DNA from: Octopus sinensis
Taxonomy: Eukaryota
DNA: 64,000 nucleotides
Direction: 5' to 3'
Assembly: GCF_006345805.1 (NCBI RefSeq)
Contig: NC_043018.1
Coordinates: 10,912,001-10,976,000, forward strand
Shown here: positions 12,711-25,752 of the stretch, one piece after another
Position numbering within the stretch: the stretch's first letter is position 1
Layout: each line of letters begins with the position of its first letter
The notes under the pieces: model-generated
What the model was told of the DNA's origin: nothing
Database searches by the model: none
What the model saw: only the letters and a program-made list of their open reading frames with translations
Position numbers and translations under genes: made by a program

Positions 12711-13189
12711 TGTTTTTCAGCAGGTTCCTTACATTTGGCTCACTTGGTGATGTTCCAACCAATTGTTATCATCTGTTCATACCAGATCGGTCTTTTCTTT
12801 TGCGCGCTACATCTGAATCCTCTTATATTCTTTATGGGAAAGAATGTTTTGTTGTTTAGGCTTGTCATAACAAATTAATGGTGCTCCTTTGGTATGTGAT
12901 CTACAAGGGAGATTACTTTAGGTTACCTTTAAAATCATTTTGTTCATTCTTAACATTGTAAATATATTCTTCAAAGTTCTTACTATAAAAATAATAAGAA
13001 AACAATATAGTAATTAAAATAAGCGCGTACATCACCCTCCAAAGTGAAGTAGCTCTCGTCGATCACACGGAAAGTAGCTCTAACACAAAGTAAACTAAAA
13101 CGTAACCAATTACGTTTGGCGTGTGATCTACAATTAAATTGGAGATCACATGCCAAAGTGGCACGTTTCTTTTTCTTAAGAAATTTTCA

Positions 13190-13680
13190 ATTCAATTCAA
13201 TTTTATTGGCTCAAAAAGCAAAAACAAGGTCATGTAGGGGGACAGGGAGTTATGTACAGGGAGGGTGGTCATACAAAGAGTTCAGGCCATTTTTGGTCAT
13301 GAGAGACTTTGAACCGAGCGGTCGTCGGCATCTTCAATATCTCGTCCGGCAGCTTATTCCACGGATCCGCAACCCGGACGGAGAAAACCCCTCTCCTTCG
13401 ATTGAGATGAAATCGTCGTAGATAGAGCTTTTCGGAGTGACCCCGCGGCCCACGCTCTGGAGCAGGAGTGAAGAACAGCTCTTTCGAGAGGTTACACTTT
13501 CCGCTTATGATGTTGTGAGCGAGAATGAGATCACCACGGTGGAGTCGTTTTTCTAGAGAATAGAGGTCGAGCGTCTTCAGCCTTTCTTCATAAGACAAAT
13601 GCTTGAGACCAAGAACCATGCGGGTAGCCAGCTTCTGGACTCTTTCAAGATGATGTGAATTTAGTACTGGTTTCTTGTAA
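13190..13680 (-). mobile_element. CR1-clade LINE 3' end with (ATTGA)n tail
   Basis: LERVQKLATRMV.GLKHLSYEERLKTLDLYSLEKR..RGDLI..RGHS.KL..FSVRV..WNKLP. Confidence 0.9.
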
Positions 13681-13974
13681 AAATGCAACTTCGTCTCGTC
13701 GCTGATCAGATTGTTAAAATCTGCAGCCAACATCTTACGGGTTTTTAGAAACTGAAAGGTAAACTACAAAGTAACCTAAAGCAATCTCCCTTTGTAGATC
13801 ATACGCCAAAGTAGTACCCAATTAATTTTTCAACGATTTGAAAATAGATTTCTTTCCATACCATAGCCGCCACTCGAATAAAACGGAGACTACTTCATTT
13901 AAGCCTGTTAGAGAAGATTTCGCCCAGTGTAGAAATAAGAAGACCGTCAAGGTATCGGTCGCATTCTGACATTC

Positions 13975-14175
13975 ATGGTCGAGCCTGTGGCAGTGGAGAC
14001 CTCTGGCATTTTTGGCCCCCGGACCATATCCCTGCTTGCTGCTACTGAAGCTAAGACGGTCATCCACAAGTCAAAAGCCCCACGGGTCAGAATAGCTGTT
14101 TCAGCGCCTCTCCTTCGCCATCCTCCGGGACAACGCCCTTTCCATTCTGTCTGCTGGGATTGTGAGGTGGTCTGA
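13975..14175 (+). mobile_element. Possible CRE-like (restriction-like endonuclease) LINE 3' fragment
   Basis: PVAVETSGIFGP resembles the FQPAAFETFGG motif seen at 34960. Confidence 0.35.
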
Positions 14176-14350
14176 ATTACAGGAAATTGTACGTTCAACA
14201 CTTTAATGTAAATTTACTCCATATATATATATATATATGTATATAGTTAATCCAAACAAGAAAACACAGAAAAAAAGAGAAAAAAACACAGCAACGCAGG
14301 ACGTGGAACAATTGAAGTATTATTGACGCTCAGGAAAGAAAGGAAGGAGG

Positions 14351-14377
14351 GTTTAACGTTTCGAGCGGAGCTCTTCG

Positions 14378-14380
<3 letters not shown>
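14351..14380 (-). ncRNA. 5'-truncated hammerhead motif, same family as 6989 and 63127
   Basis: TGACGA-A-GAGC/TCC/GCTC-GAAAC-GTT-AAAC, with the core start replaced by (TA)n. Confidence 0.45.
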
Positions 14381-14456
<76 letters not shown>

Positions 14457-16965
14457 GTGCGTGTGTGTGACAACTAATAAAGATATGATCCTGTTTTAAT
14501 AAACTGGCCACAGATCTCGTAACTGAATATGAGAAAAAGCAACTTACCTCTACACCAGGTAAAAATCTCAATAAAACCACTTTTGCATTTTATTCATGGT
14601 GACCACCGATCTCCCCACTTTCTTTTTCACTAGCATGCGCGCACACACGCACGCACAATCTTTTATCTTTTAGACTGCGGCCATGTTGGGGCTTTGAAGA
14701 ATTTTAGTCGACCGAATCAATACCCTCTTTTACTTGTTTCAGTCATGTGGCTGTGGCCATGCTGGAGCACCGCCTTTAGTCGAGCAAATCGACCCCAGAA
14801 CTTATTCTTTGTAAGCCTAGTACTTATTCTATCGGTCTCTTTTTCCGAACCGCTAAGTTACGGGGACGTAAACACACCAGCATCGGTTGTCAAGCGATGT
14901 TGGGGAGACAAACACACACACACATATATATACATATATACGACGGGTTTCTTTCAGTTTCCGTCTACCAAATCCATTCACAAGGCTTTGGTCGGCCCGA
15001 TGCTATAGTAGAAAACACTTGCCCGAAGTGCCACGCAGTGGGACTGAACCCGGATCCATGTGGTTGTAAGCAGCTACTTACCACACAACCACTCCTATAC
15101 CAGTAATTCCTTTTTTAAAGCCTGGTACTTATTCTCTATCGGTCACTTTTACCGAGCCGCTAAGTTACAGGGACGTAAACACCAATACTAGTTGTCAATG
15201 TGTGGGAGACACACACATATATACATACACAGCGGACTTCTTTCAGTTTCCGTCTACCACAAGACTTTGGTCGACTCGAAGCTATAGTAGAAGATATTTT
15301 CCCAAAGTGCTACTCAGTGGGACTGAACTCGGAAGCATATGATTGAGAAGCAAACTTCTTACCACACAGCCATAATTGTCTCCTGAAATTATTGAGCATG
15401 CGTCGGTTTGTGTGTATGTGCGTGTGACTGAAAAAAAATCCCTCTCCTATCATCGTCTCAAACTAAGTCAGTCAAACTCTAGATATCTGCTGCTACGCTC
15501 TGAGTTCAAATTCCGCCGAGGTCGACTTTGACTTTCATCCTTTCGGGGTCGATTAAATAAGTACCAGTTACGCACTGGGGTCGATATAATCGACTTAATC
15601 CGTTTGTCTGTCCTTGCTTGTCCTCTATGTATTTAGCCCCTTGTGGGCAATAAAGAAATAGATATTTATCAGTAATAAGACTATTTTGCTGAAGCGGATC
15701 AAACGAAATATTTAAAATTGGTCGATTGAAAAAAAAACACAAAAAAACACCAGATTAAAACGTAATTGAAAATATGTTTGTTCTATTTTTATAGAATTTG
15801 ACATCACCCTTTTGCGATTTTAGCTTCGTTTGTAATGGTTATATATATCTACATATATAATAACAGATGCACTGTAGTTACGTATCTTTTGTAACACCAA
15901 ACACTTTCACCATCAGACTTGTCAGGATTACGTAAATACACGCAACAATTCATTTTGCCAAGGGCGCAATATGACAATTAGCAAGTAAACATGTACTTGG
16001 AGAAAGCTATAAAATTTAGCAGAGCTGAAAAGGCAACAATTAATATTTTATATATGAAAAGTCAAGAATAAATTTTTTATACTAGGAAAACAAAAACTAT
16101 TAGGCACAAAATGTGGACTTCGTTTTGTAAGCCTTACAACGTCTTTAACGGCGACCACAAAAGTAATGAACTAACTTGTTAGTTTAACCACCTACTCCGA
16201 AGATATGAAATAAAAAGTAAGACAGCGGGGAAGGAGAGGGAAGATTTTCGTTTATTTGCAGACAGTTCGACAGACAGCAGACACATGGTTGCTTAACCAA
16301 CTGAAACTAGCCAGAAATCTCACTAATCATATCTTTAAATATATACTACATTGAACAATGTAGTTTTTTATATACAAACAAAGGGATTCTGCAGGTTTTT
16401 GACTACGACTGTTCTGGAATTACATGTCAATACCAAAGTTTACTTCGTGCGAACGAAGAAGGCCTCTGTGCGTGTGTGCAACTTGTTAAATATAGCAACC
16501 AATTTCTTTTAAACCACATCTGCCATTCTGAGTCGGGGAAGATGAAGAACAACTTCTGAAGTAGATGTGAAGTTTAATCCTCGATAGGGTGTATGTCTGT
16601 GTCTAATTGTAATAGAAAAGCAGATATTTCTCAGGAGAAATGATTTTGTCTTTTCATTATTTTAAATATCTCGCTCTCAACTATTGTTTTAGCCAGTTTT
16701 ATACGTGCACTTTTAATCTACTAACATCTATCGTATTGTGATAAATGAGAGTTTAACGATGTATTAATATCTGAGATCTTAAAAACCGTGGATACACTTC
16801 GATGCTTTTACATCAACGTAGCGTGCTCACACACACACACACACTAATTATATTTCATGTTCCTTCAATAGAATATAATACCGTAACCTCCATTCTTCGG
16901 CTTAATGTATTAATAGCGTAGTATAAAGAATTATCTTCGGAATTTCAGTTTGTATGAGCGGTCTC

Positions 16966-17583
16966 GGATCTTTACTTTTTGACCTACAGATTTAAAAAAT
17001 AATTTTTTGTAACTAAACACTTTCAATTTTCGGACACTGGTAGAATATGTCATATAAAACATCTTTTACTCATAGCATTTTGAGAAAAACTTATATTTAC
17101 GAAGATATTTCACGTTCAAGTTGTCTTATTTCGGTAATTTCAACCAATCAATGATGTGTATTCAGCTGCATAAAATTACTGCCGTTGTTTGTCAACAAGA
17201 ACTTCCGGCTGTGTATATTTCGTTTGTCACTGTTATTTATGACAACGTTCGTGCGTTTGTACTGGTTTTAAGGTTTTAGGGTTAGGGGTTAGGTGGTTAG
17301 GGTTGTCATAAATAACTGTGAAAAACGAGATATACACCGCCGGAAGTTCTTGTTGACAAACAATGGCAGTAATTTTATGCAGCTGAATACACGTCATTGA
17401 TTGGTTGAAATTACCGAAATAGGACAACTTTAACATGAAATAACTTTGTAAATATAAGCTTTTCTCAAAAATGCTAAGAGTAAAAGATGTTTTATATGAC
17501 ACATTCTACCAGTGTCCGAAGTTTTAAAGTGTTTAGTTACAAAAAATTATTTTCTAAATCTGTAGGTCAAAAGGTAAAGACCC
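16966..17583. mobile_element. Second subfamily of foldback MITE, about 280-bp TIRs, telomere-like loop
   Basis: GGATCTTTAC / GTAAAGACCC termini; TSD GCGGTCTC vs GCGGTTTC (7/8). Confidence 0.8.
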
Positions 17584-18453
17584 GCGGTTTCCTTTAAGGA
17601 AAATTGTCAACATCTTCACATTCTGTTAGTCGATGGTGCTATTAAGTTAGGTATGGCCTGGGCCAATCTTTGGCGAAACATATCTAAGTACTGAATGAGG
17701 ACACAGCTCAGATTTATAAATCCCCTTTTATCGCACACACACGTCATTTGAGCAGCAGAAAACCGCTCAGTGGGCGGTGCTTCTACTAGTGAAAAAATGT
17801 TCAAATGCTACGCGTATGTATACCTTGTGTCTCTGCAATAATGTGTAGCATCTACCTTCTTAATTATTAGATATTATTCACTCCGCTAGCTTGCATTGGG
17901 ATTCTTTTCGAAGTTTGAGATTTGCCTTGTTCGTGACGCATTAACAAAGATCCCGCCTATATATATTAAGGGTGTATGTAGATGGGTCTGTGTGTATGTG
18001 TGTGTACATGTGTGTGTATTATGCACGATGTGTACGAGAAAAAGAGATTAAATATTGTCAGACTAAGGAATTAAGTTATAAAATAAAATGAAAGTTTAAA
18101 GAGAGAAAAAAAAAGGAAGCGATAGAATTAAACAAACAAGGGAAAGATATAATCTAACTACTCACACACATACAAGAATGTATACACAAATATATATACA
18201 TACATAGATTGAATACATGTGTGCTCATACACTCACTCCAACACAAAGAATGCGTGTGTGTGTGTGTAAATGTGTGTAAAGAAGTGTGCACACGCGCGTG
18301 ACAATATAAAAAATGATGTCTGACAGACGTTGAGTTAACCAGCCCTGTTGTGTGATCTAAACCAGCACGCACTCATACATACACACAGAGGCACGCGCCA
18401 GATATACATCATTATGTATGTATATTGTGTGTGTGTGTATATATGTGCTTGTG

Positions 18454-18493
<40 letters not shown>

Positions 18494-18717
18494 CACACAC
18501 ACATACGTACACATGCTTAGACAGATGTATACGCATACTGACATTTACATATACACACTGATATAGCGATACACACATTGACATACATACACACACATTT
18601 TAGAAAGAGATAAGCAATCATGCATACATAGACACACGCTCATACACACAATTACCTACGTTAGTAGACGCATACACTGATACTTACACAGTCACACTCA
18701 CACTCACATACACACAC

Positions 18718-19520
18718 GTAATACTGTCTCACACACACACGTAATACTGTCTCACACACACACTCACATACACACACGTAATACTGTCTCACACACACAC
18801 ACACTCACATACACACACGTAATACTGTCTCACACACACTCACATACACACACGTAATACTGTCTCACACACACACGTAATACTGTCTCACACACTCACA
18901 TGTAATACTGTCTCACACACACACACTCACATAACACACGTAATACTGTCTCACGCACACGTAATACTGTCTCACACACACACACTCACATACATATACG
19001 TAATACTGTCACACATACACACTCACATACACGTAATACTGTCTCACACACACACATAATACTGTCTCACACACACACACTCACATACACACACGTAATA
19101 CTGTCTCACGCACACGTAATACTGTCTCACACACACACACTCACATACATACACGTAATACTGTCACACATACACACTCACATACACGTAATACTGTCTC
19201 ACACACACACATAATACTGTCTCACACACACACACTCACATACACACACGTAATACTGTCTCACACACACACACTCACACGTAATACTGTCTCACACACA
19301 CACACATACACACACGTAATACTGTCTCACACACTCACACGTAATACTGTCACACATACACGTAATACTGTCTCACACACACACACATACACACGCGTAA
19401 TACTGTCTCACACACACTCACATAATACTGTCACACACACACGTGATACTGTCTCACACACACTCACATACACACACGTAATACTCTCTCACACACACAC
19501 ACGTAATACTGTCTCACACA
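18718..19520. repeat. Minisatellite with invariant GTAATACTGTC(T) core and variable CA spacers, 27 units
   Basis: 25 exact TAATACTGTC copies plus 2 variants counted by eye. Confidence 0.95.
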
Positions 19521-19929
19521 CACACATACGCACACTCAGCGCTGCTTAACACAGTGGCTCCCTCCAGCGTTAAGGACCGAGTTATATAACCGAGAGATGA
19601 TGGAGTAACGTTGGAGGATGCTGCGAAGGGAGAGAGTGGGAGGTTGGTTAATAAGGCTGGACGCCCCCACCTTTTTCTTTTCCTCTCCTCCTATTGTTTC
19701 TGACAGTAGGACTCCCTCCCACCACCTCTACATGTCTGTGCGCTCAGCTGGAGATGTTACACACATGCACACATACACATATACGCACACACTATACATA
19801 TATATACAGGCTGTATAGATATCTATATATATATATACAACAGACTATATACATATACATACACCGACATATTCACACATCAACACAGCCACAGACTCAC
19901 ATAAACACACGCACATATAAACACATATA

Positions 19930-19987
19930 GACATACATAAATACACACACACACACTCACACACACCACACACACAACACAAACACA

Positions 19988-20024
<37 letters not shown>

Positions 20025-20270
20025 CACAAACACACTCACACACACACACTCACACACACACACACAACACAAACACACTCACACACACAACACAAACACA
20101 CTCACACACACACACACAACACAAGCACACACACACAACACAAACACACACAACACATACACACTCACACACACCAACACACACACACACACACACACAA
20201 CACACACACACTACACACACACACAACACACACACACACACACACAACACAACACACACACACACAACAC

Positions 20271-20305
<35 letters not shown>

Positions 20306-20320
20306 CACAAGCACACAGGT
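19930..20320. repeat. (CA)n/CACAA-rich microsatellite
   Basis: Direct inspection. Confidence 0.9.
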
Positions 20321-20569
20321 ACACACGCAGTGACAGTTAATGAGTTTTGGCCACTGAATGGAAGAGTATCTGTCAGTCAGTTAATTAGTCAGTAAGGTCT
20401 CTTTTTCTAGTTAGCTTAATTTGTAGATGATTGCGTTAATTAATTAGGGAGTTGTGGGTGAAGTTAGAGGCAGGCTGTCACTACAGTGGCACACGACACA
20501 GTGGCGAACAGGGTGGCCCCACCCACAGTTATTAAAGGACGGTCATTGTGTGACCGGGGAACACACACA

Positions 20570-20875
20570 CACACACGCATATTATATACACACACACACA
20601 CACACGCGTATTACATACACACACACACACATATTACATACACATACACACACACACGCGTATTACATACACACACACACCACACATATTACATACACAT
20701 ACACACACACACGCGTATTACATACACACACACACGCGTATTACATACACACACGCGTATTACATACACACACACACGCATATTACATACACACACACAC
20801 ACGCATATTACATACACACACTCACACGCATATTACACACACACACACACGCATACACACACGCGCATTTACATA
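20570..20875. repeat. Minisatellite CACACGCRTATTACATA, about 11-12 units
   Basis: Direct inspection. Confidence 0.9.
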
Positions 20876-21164
20876 CATGTGTAAGTAAATATGTATACAT
20901 GTATGCATGTATTTGTGAATGTACATATGTGTATGTGTATATATATATGCATACGTGCATGTATATATTGTATGTTGTATGTATGCGTTTGTATATATAT
21001 ATATATATGTGTGTGTGTTGTATGGATACGTGTGTGAATGCGTGTATGTCCGTATATTCGTATATATGTTGTGTCCATGTATGTGTGTATATTTAGTTGT
21101 GTGTGTGTGTGTGTGTTTAGGTATAGAGAGAGAGAGAGGGAGAGAGGGACAGAGAGAGAGGGGG

Positions 21165-21219
<55 letters not shown>

Positions 21220-21422
21220 GGAGAAATCCAGCCCTGATTGTCTTAACAGTACTTTTTACCCACCGGCCTATATATAAATATATACACACGTAATATAATT
21301 GTGTGCGTGTGTATATTGGTAGGCAAGCGGTGTGTTTGAAGCCGACCAGCTGCTGTCTATTCTTTGTCTTGTTCAACAGCCACCACAAATATCTCCAGAC
21401 TTTCAACGACACACACACACAC

Positions 21423-21462
<40 letters not shown>

Positions 21463-21571
21463 CACTCACATATACACACACACATTCACACGCAAATATA
21501 TATGTATGTGTGTCTATATTGTATGTGTGTGTGTTCTGTGTGTGGGTATTGTTTGTATGTGTATGCGTCTG

Positions 21572-21609
<38 letters not shown>

Positions 21610-21633
21610 ACTCTCTATCTATCTATTTATCCG

Positions 21634-21701
<68 letters not shown>

Positions 21702-21912
21702 ACTAGCTCTCTCTCTCTCTATCTAATTAGCTCTCTCTCTCTCTCTATCTAACTAGCTCTCTCTCTCTCTCTATCTATCTATCTCTATCCATCCATCCAT
21801 CCATCCATTCATCCATGCGTGTGTAATTTGTGCAATATGCGAAACTTTCGGCCCTTGATTCACTTTGTATTCAATTGTATTCATCCAGTTTGCTCTGTAT
21901 ACCCTCCTCCAC

Positions 21913-21949
<37 letters not shown>

Positions 21950-21955
21950 ACACAG

Positions 21956-21987
<32 letters not shown>

Positions 21988-22339
21988 ACACACACACAGA
22001 CACACACAGACACACACACACACGCACACACACAGAATGTGTTTGAGGGCAAGCAAGCACATTTGGAGCGTTTACGTAACAGTGTAAATATATATTGCAT
22101 ATCACTGAGTGTGTGTGTGTGTGTGTGTCTGTCGACGTGTGTATGTACGTACATACATATACGTGTGTGTGTGCGTTTGTATATATACATTCATTCAAAT
22201 GCAAATATTTGTACACATGTAACACTAACAAATGCGCACACACACACACACACACACATACACACACACACACGCACAACTGTGAAGGAGAAACGAAGAA
22301 GGTTGACTAAAAATATTCCGTATAAATTCGGGGAAACCC

Positions 22340-23030
22340 TCCTTCTTTCTGAATAGAACACCCTCTCTTTGTATGTAAGCTCTCCTCCCCCCTCTCTCTG
22401 TATAACCTTCCTTTTTCTCTGTACATAGTCTCCTCTCTCTCTCTCTACATAACGTCCCCCTCTCTCGCTCCTTTTGTATAGATCTCTCTCTCTCTCTCTC
22501 TCTCTGTACAGAACACTCTCTTGATACTGAACTCTTTCTCTCGATAGAGAACTCTCTTTCTCTCCATACAGAACTCTCTCTCGGCATAGAAATGCCCTCC
22601 CTCTTTGTACATGACTCGTTCTCTCTCTCTCTGTACCTGACCCTTTCTCTCTCTCTCTCTCTCTCTCTCTGTACCTGACCCTTTCTCTCTCTCTCTCTCT
22701 CTGTACATGACCCTTTCTCTCGCTTTGTACATGACCCATTCTCTCTCTCTCTTTGTACCTGACCCTTTCTCTCTCTCTCTCTCTACATTATCCCTAATCT
22801 CTGTACATAGCCAACTCTCTAAAATATAACCCGCCTTTTTTTGTCTTTATAACCTTCCTCTCTCTAATACTCATGTCTCTCTCTCTCTCTCCCTCTCTCT
22901 AAGCCTTTTATATATTCTATCATTATACAACTCTTTCCCTTTCTCTTTATAATCTTTCTTTCTCTCTTTCTCAATAACTCTCCCTCTCTATAAACCTCCT
23001 CTCTTTATATCACTCCCTTTATGTAATTCT
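22340..23030. repeat. CT-rich degenerate tandem repeat (CTCTCTGTACMTGACCCTTT units)
   Basis: Direct inspection. Confidence 0.8.
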
Positions 23031-23031
23031 C

Positions 23032-25255
23032 TGTGGGATGACGTCAGCAGCTGGGGAGCTGACCGGAACTTGGGGCTGACCGGAAGAGGAAGGGGCAGGA
23101 GTGACGCGCGCTCCGAAGATCCGGCAGTGCTTAAGTCCGTCCTAGGGAAAGAGGACAAGATTAGAAAAGCCATCAGTTCCTATATAGACGACATTTTGGT
23201 GGACGAAACTGTAGTGCCAGCCAACGAGGTAGTTAGACATCTGGAGAAGTTCGGACTGATTTCGAAGCCACCGGAGTCGATGGAAGGGGAATCTGCACTG
23301 GGGCTGAAGCTGCGAAGAGATAGATCGGGTGAGTTGGTGTTCCGGAGAGGGAATGAAATCCCAGAGCTGAGTTCCAGCGACAGAAGGAGAGAGCTGTTCT
23401 CGGTGTGTGGGAAGTTGGTCGGTCACTACTCGATCGCTGGATGGCTGCACACAACGTGCAGTTACCCCAAGAGACGAGCGGAGGGGTAGAGTGGGGGCCA
23501 TAAGGTGGCGATGATGCTGGAAATCCTAGAGAGGATGAGAGTGGAAGACCCGGTCAGAGGGAACTGGTATGTGCCCAAGACGGAATGCGGGACCGTCTGG
23601 TGTGGTGCTAGCAGTATAGCAATAGGGGTTGTGCTGGAGATCGAAGGCGCTGCGGTGGAGGACGAGGCCTGGCTTCGGAAAGCAGATGACTTCAACCATA
23701 TCAATGTCGCCGAATTAGACGCGGGGTGAACTTGGCCCTGAAATGGAGGCTGCGCTCAATTGAAATCCGGACAGATTCAGCCACTGTGCTTGGCTGGGTG
23801 AGATCGGTGATCACCGGTGAAAGGAGAGTGCGGACGAAAGGTGCCAGGGACATGTTGGTGAAGCGCCGTCTATGAGTTCTAGGAGAATTGATTGCCGAGT
23901 TCGGACTGAAGCTGAACGTGGTTTTCGTGCCTTCGGAGAAAAACAGGGCAGACGCACTGACCAGGGTGAAAAGGGCGTGGTTGGAGGAAGCGGAGGAAGC
24001 ACAGAAAGGGATAGCTGCGGCGTGTCGGTTGGATGACTCCGAACTGAAGAGACGACATGCTATGCATCACCTGGGTGTGGACAGGTCCCTGTATCTGGTG
24101 AAGAAAATTGATGCTGACGTCACTAGGAGAAGCATCCGGAAAGTGGTCGGGAGCTGCGACAGGTGTCAGTCCATTGACCCTGCACCGTGTGGGCATAAGT
24201 AAGGAAACCTTTCGGTGGAGCACAACTAGAAAAGGCTAGCTGTGGATGTGACGCACTACCGTCAGGGAATCTATCTCTTCATGGTCGACTGCGGGCCGGG
24301 CCAGCTGGCCATTTGGAGGGAGTTGAGAACGGGCATTGCTGACGAGATTGCGCAGATTTTGAACGGAATATTTTTAGAGAGAGGTCCCGTGGAAGAAATG
24401 CTAATGGACAACGGGGCGGCGTTTCGTTCGGAAGCATTGAGGGATATGCTCGAGCGGTGGAAAGTGCGTCGCTTGTTCAGAGCAGCGTATAGGCCGAGTG
24501 GTAACGGAATCGTAGAGGGGCACCATTGGACAGTCAAGGCCATAGCGGAAACAGGGCACATTTCGCCGCTGGAAACAGTTTTTTGGTACAAAATGTCTCC
24601 CCGATCCGGACAAGCTGAAGAATCTGTGCCGCACTGAGCTGTATTTAAATATGAATGGAGGCACCCGAGTAAAGCGCCGGAGGGCCACGAGGAAGAGAAG
24701 GGACCCGTTTGTGTGAAAATAGGGGAGGAAGTCTGGGTTAAACCACCGAAGGTGCGTTGTACGTCTCAATGGAGCAGAGGAACGGTGACGGGGGTCAATT
24801 CCAGAAACAATGTCTCCGTGGATGGAATGTCGTGACACGTCTTGGATCTTCGCAGGATTGTCGCTTCGTCGGACGACGATTGTGGTGAGAGGGGAGAACG
24901 AGGTGCCTCGACGCGCAAGGCGATCTCCCAGTTGGATGGTGGACTACGACGTGGAGTAGAGAGATTGTGATCTTTAAGATCAGTGAGGCGTGAGGGATGA
25001 CGTCAGCAGCTGGGGAGCTGACCGGAACTTGGGGCTGACCGGAAGAGGAAGGGGCAGGAGTGACGCGCGCACAGGCAGGGCAGCATTGGGCCTTTTTTCA
25101 ATCGAGGTAGCCGAGGAGTCGGACGTGTGAGCTCGTTGTTAAGGTAGGGGAAAAGCAGCTGCTATTTCTAGTGTTCGGGTCGGGCCGCGTGGAAGGGTGC
25201 ATTACCACTGGAGAGGTCTCCGTCAACGAAGAGAAGGTAAGTGTCCTTATTTCAA
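23032..25255 (+). mobile_element. Internally deleted Ty3/Gypsy LTR retrotransposon; right boundary approximate
   Basis: 80-bp direct repeat 23032-23111 / 24991-25070 (79/80) flanking pol remnants in RT-RNaseH-integrase order. Confidence 0.9.
23112..24900 (+). pseudogene. Gypsy pol remnant (RT YIDD, RNase H, integrase HHCC and DDE core) with stops and frameshifts
   Basis: SYIDDILV; VWCGASSIAIG..HINVAELDA; HAMHHLG..CDRC; MDVTH..MDNGAAF..RPSGNGIVE. Confidence 0.9.
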
Positions 25256-25752
25256 ATCTCCCGCATACAACACATTCTCCTCCCCTTCTCTTTATTACCC
25301 TCCCTCACTACAACCTTTTCCTCATTCTCTTACTCACCCTGTCCTTAACCCTTTCTTCCTCCGCAAACAAGCCAGTTTACTCCCTCCCTCTTCATCTTGA
25401 TACATCTCTTCTCCCTCCACACTGCTCATACCGTTTATCTCTCTCTCATCCATTTGATCCATGTACAATGATGTTCCCGCCACGACCATCTTTCTTATAA
25501 TCGGGCGGTATATGTAGGCTGTTCGTGTTAGCTCCGGTCAGTTTTGTAATCGGACTATGTGTGTGTTTGAATTAGGGTTTTTGTAGTATATTATGGCTAC
25601 ATAATGGAATACGATGTCCCTACTAGCCATTAGTGGGTACTACCAGTTGTCAGGAATGTGTTCTATGTAAAATAGGGATATCTAATTGTGTTACACCGCT
25701 AAATTTAGTAGATATTTAAGCAATATGTTCATGGATGGCTAATGGATTGGAT

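Noticed and set aside
18718-19520. CRISPR-like look (constant core with variable spacers)
   Set aside because: The spacers are only CA-repeat length variants, the core is 11-12 nt, there are no cas genes, and the context is eukaryotic.
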